64,000 nucleotides of DNA from the NCBI RefSeq assembly GCF_018977255.1, contig NW_024704743.1:63552001-63616000 (forward strand), in the 5' to 3' direction. Position 1 is the stretch's first letter, and each line of letters starts with the position of its first letter. Position numbers and translations under genes: made by a program. The notes below the pieces were generated by a model, which worked only from the letters and a program-made list of their open reading frames with translations, was not told the origin of the DNA and searched no databases. Source of the stretch: Callorhinchus milii. Taxonomy: Eukaryota. This document shows positions 62,415 through 64,000 of the stretch, piece by piece.

Positions 62415-63222
62415 TTCCTACAGATCTTAATTATGTAGCTATCCTCACACGTAACATATTCAAGATCCTAAATGGCTCCTGTTTGGCTCCCATCAGCGCC
62501 TTTTCACCTCAGGTGCTGATAGCATCACAATTCAGGATGCACTCTCCATCTCAGCAAGTCAGCATAAAACCTTGGTATGAAACCTGTTTCATGCTCAACT
62601 ATCCTTGAAATCATATATTTGTGCCTTTCCCCACCTCTGCCACTGCCTCTCCCCTCAGGCCGCCCTATTTATCACGTCAAGTCTCGACTATGATAACTCC
62701 CTGCTCAACAGCCTATCAACGCTTCCCCCCACAAGCTGTATATTATTCAGAAGTCCGCAGCTTGTGCCCTCTCCCGTACCAAGCTCCGTGAACCAATCAC
62801 TCCCATCCTCGCCCGGCTCCACTGGCTCCCCACCCCTCAGAGGATGGAGTTCAGAATCCTCTTCCTCACTTTTTAAGTCCTCCATGGGCTTGCTCCTCTC
62901 TCCCTGTGCAACCTATTAATACCATATCAACCTGTCCGCTCCCTCCGCTCGATGCAAACTCGTCTGCTTCACGTTCTCCTGCCCTACCTGCCCAACAAAT
63001 GGCGGTTGGGCCTGCAGCATTTCTGCCCACACACTCTGGAACTTCATTCCAGAATCCCTCCTTCTCGCTCCCTCCCTTGCTGCCTTCAAGGCCCATTTCC
63101 AGATCTTCATCGTTGATTGTGCTTTCGGCCACTAGAGCTCGGGTGCAAACTCTCAACTGTCCCATGCCTTTGGGCATCCTTCTGACATGAAAGGCACTAT
63201 ATAAATGTCATTTGTGTTGTGG
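62415..63222 (+). mobile_element. Degenerate L2-clade LINE 3' fragment
   Basis: FITSSLDYDNSLL; tail gacatgaaaggcactatataaatgtc. Confidence 0.85.
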
Positions 63223-63514
63223 TAAATGGTATAAATTGAATAGTAAAGTTTAACATTGTCAATATATCTACACCAAGGAAGCATGACTCAAGCTCATAAT
63301 AAGTGATGTGATTTCATTTTGTACAGAGAGTGGTAACCATGTAGAATAGACAACACAGGAAGGTATATTTTGTCAGCGAGAACGATATTAGACAGCTATT
63401 TGTAAAGAAAACATTCGGGGATATGAGATGAAGTTGTGTTGGCTTATTATTTGGTTTTACTTTGGATCTTGCTGGATGAAAATCATCAATTTCTGGTTCT
63501 GTACATTCACACGT

Positions 63515-63829
63515 TAATAATAATAATCCTTGCATTTGATATAGCGCTTTTCACGTCGGGAGGACGTCCCAAAGCGCTTCACAGAACACACTGTAAAGTG
63601 AATTGACTGTATATTTGTGGGCGAACGCGGCAGCCAATTGCGCACAGCAATGTCCCACAAACAGTCGTAGATTGAAAATGACCAATTTATTATTGTTTTT
63701 GGAGGGATTATTATTAGGCTCTGTGTGGAGTAAGGAAACTTACCCAAGGTTTCGCCCTCTGCCTGGAATTGAACTCAGGTCTCTCACTTGCAAAGCGAGT
63801 GCTCTAACCACTGAGCTACAGGACTCCAC
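63515..63829 (-). mobile_element. Young tRNA-derived SINE
   Basis: Reverse complement of 37063 copy, sharing its diagnostic positions. Confidence 0.95.
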
Positions 63830-64000
63830 TCCTTGAGTGACACGTTCTGCTAACCTAATTTCAGAGAGTATTAGGCACAAGTTACCCAGAGTTGAGGCTT
63901 GGGGACCCCAGTGGGCACTCTGGGGTACTGCTGGAGTTTAATCAGCTAAAACTGCTTAGGTTGGCATTGAAAGCACTGTCTGTCAATCCTTCCTGGTGCT

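Overview
Eukaryotic (vertebrate) genomic DNA; the repeat landscape suggests a cartilaginous fish, possibly a holocephalan such as elephant shark (inference only). The whole window lies inside one minus-strand gene, EPB41L4B (band 4.1-like 4B / EHM2 / Lulu2; FERM + FERM-adjacent protein). I traced 14 consecutive, frame-consistent GT-AG coding exons (62212 down to 23453, equivalent to human exons ~2-15), an alternative terminal exon encoding the short isoform ending ...DKLMTAL* (22154-22004), and a further exon of the long isoform (3268-3090); exon 1 and the rest of the long isoform lie outside the window. Introns are dense with decayed L2- and CR1-clade LINEs, about ten copies of a young tRNA-headed SINE that shares its 3' stem-loop tail with a local L2 family, older Deu-domain SINEs, small MITEs and Penelope-like relics. 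Nearly all ORFs in the supplied track are TE fragments or chance. I found no convincingly novel biological system; the best leads are the conserved alternative-last-exon switch with a cluster of splicing-regulator motifs, several unexplained inverted-repeat structures, and a decayed hammerhead-like Penelope palindrome.
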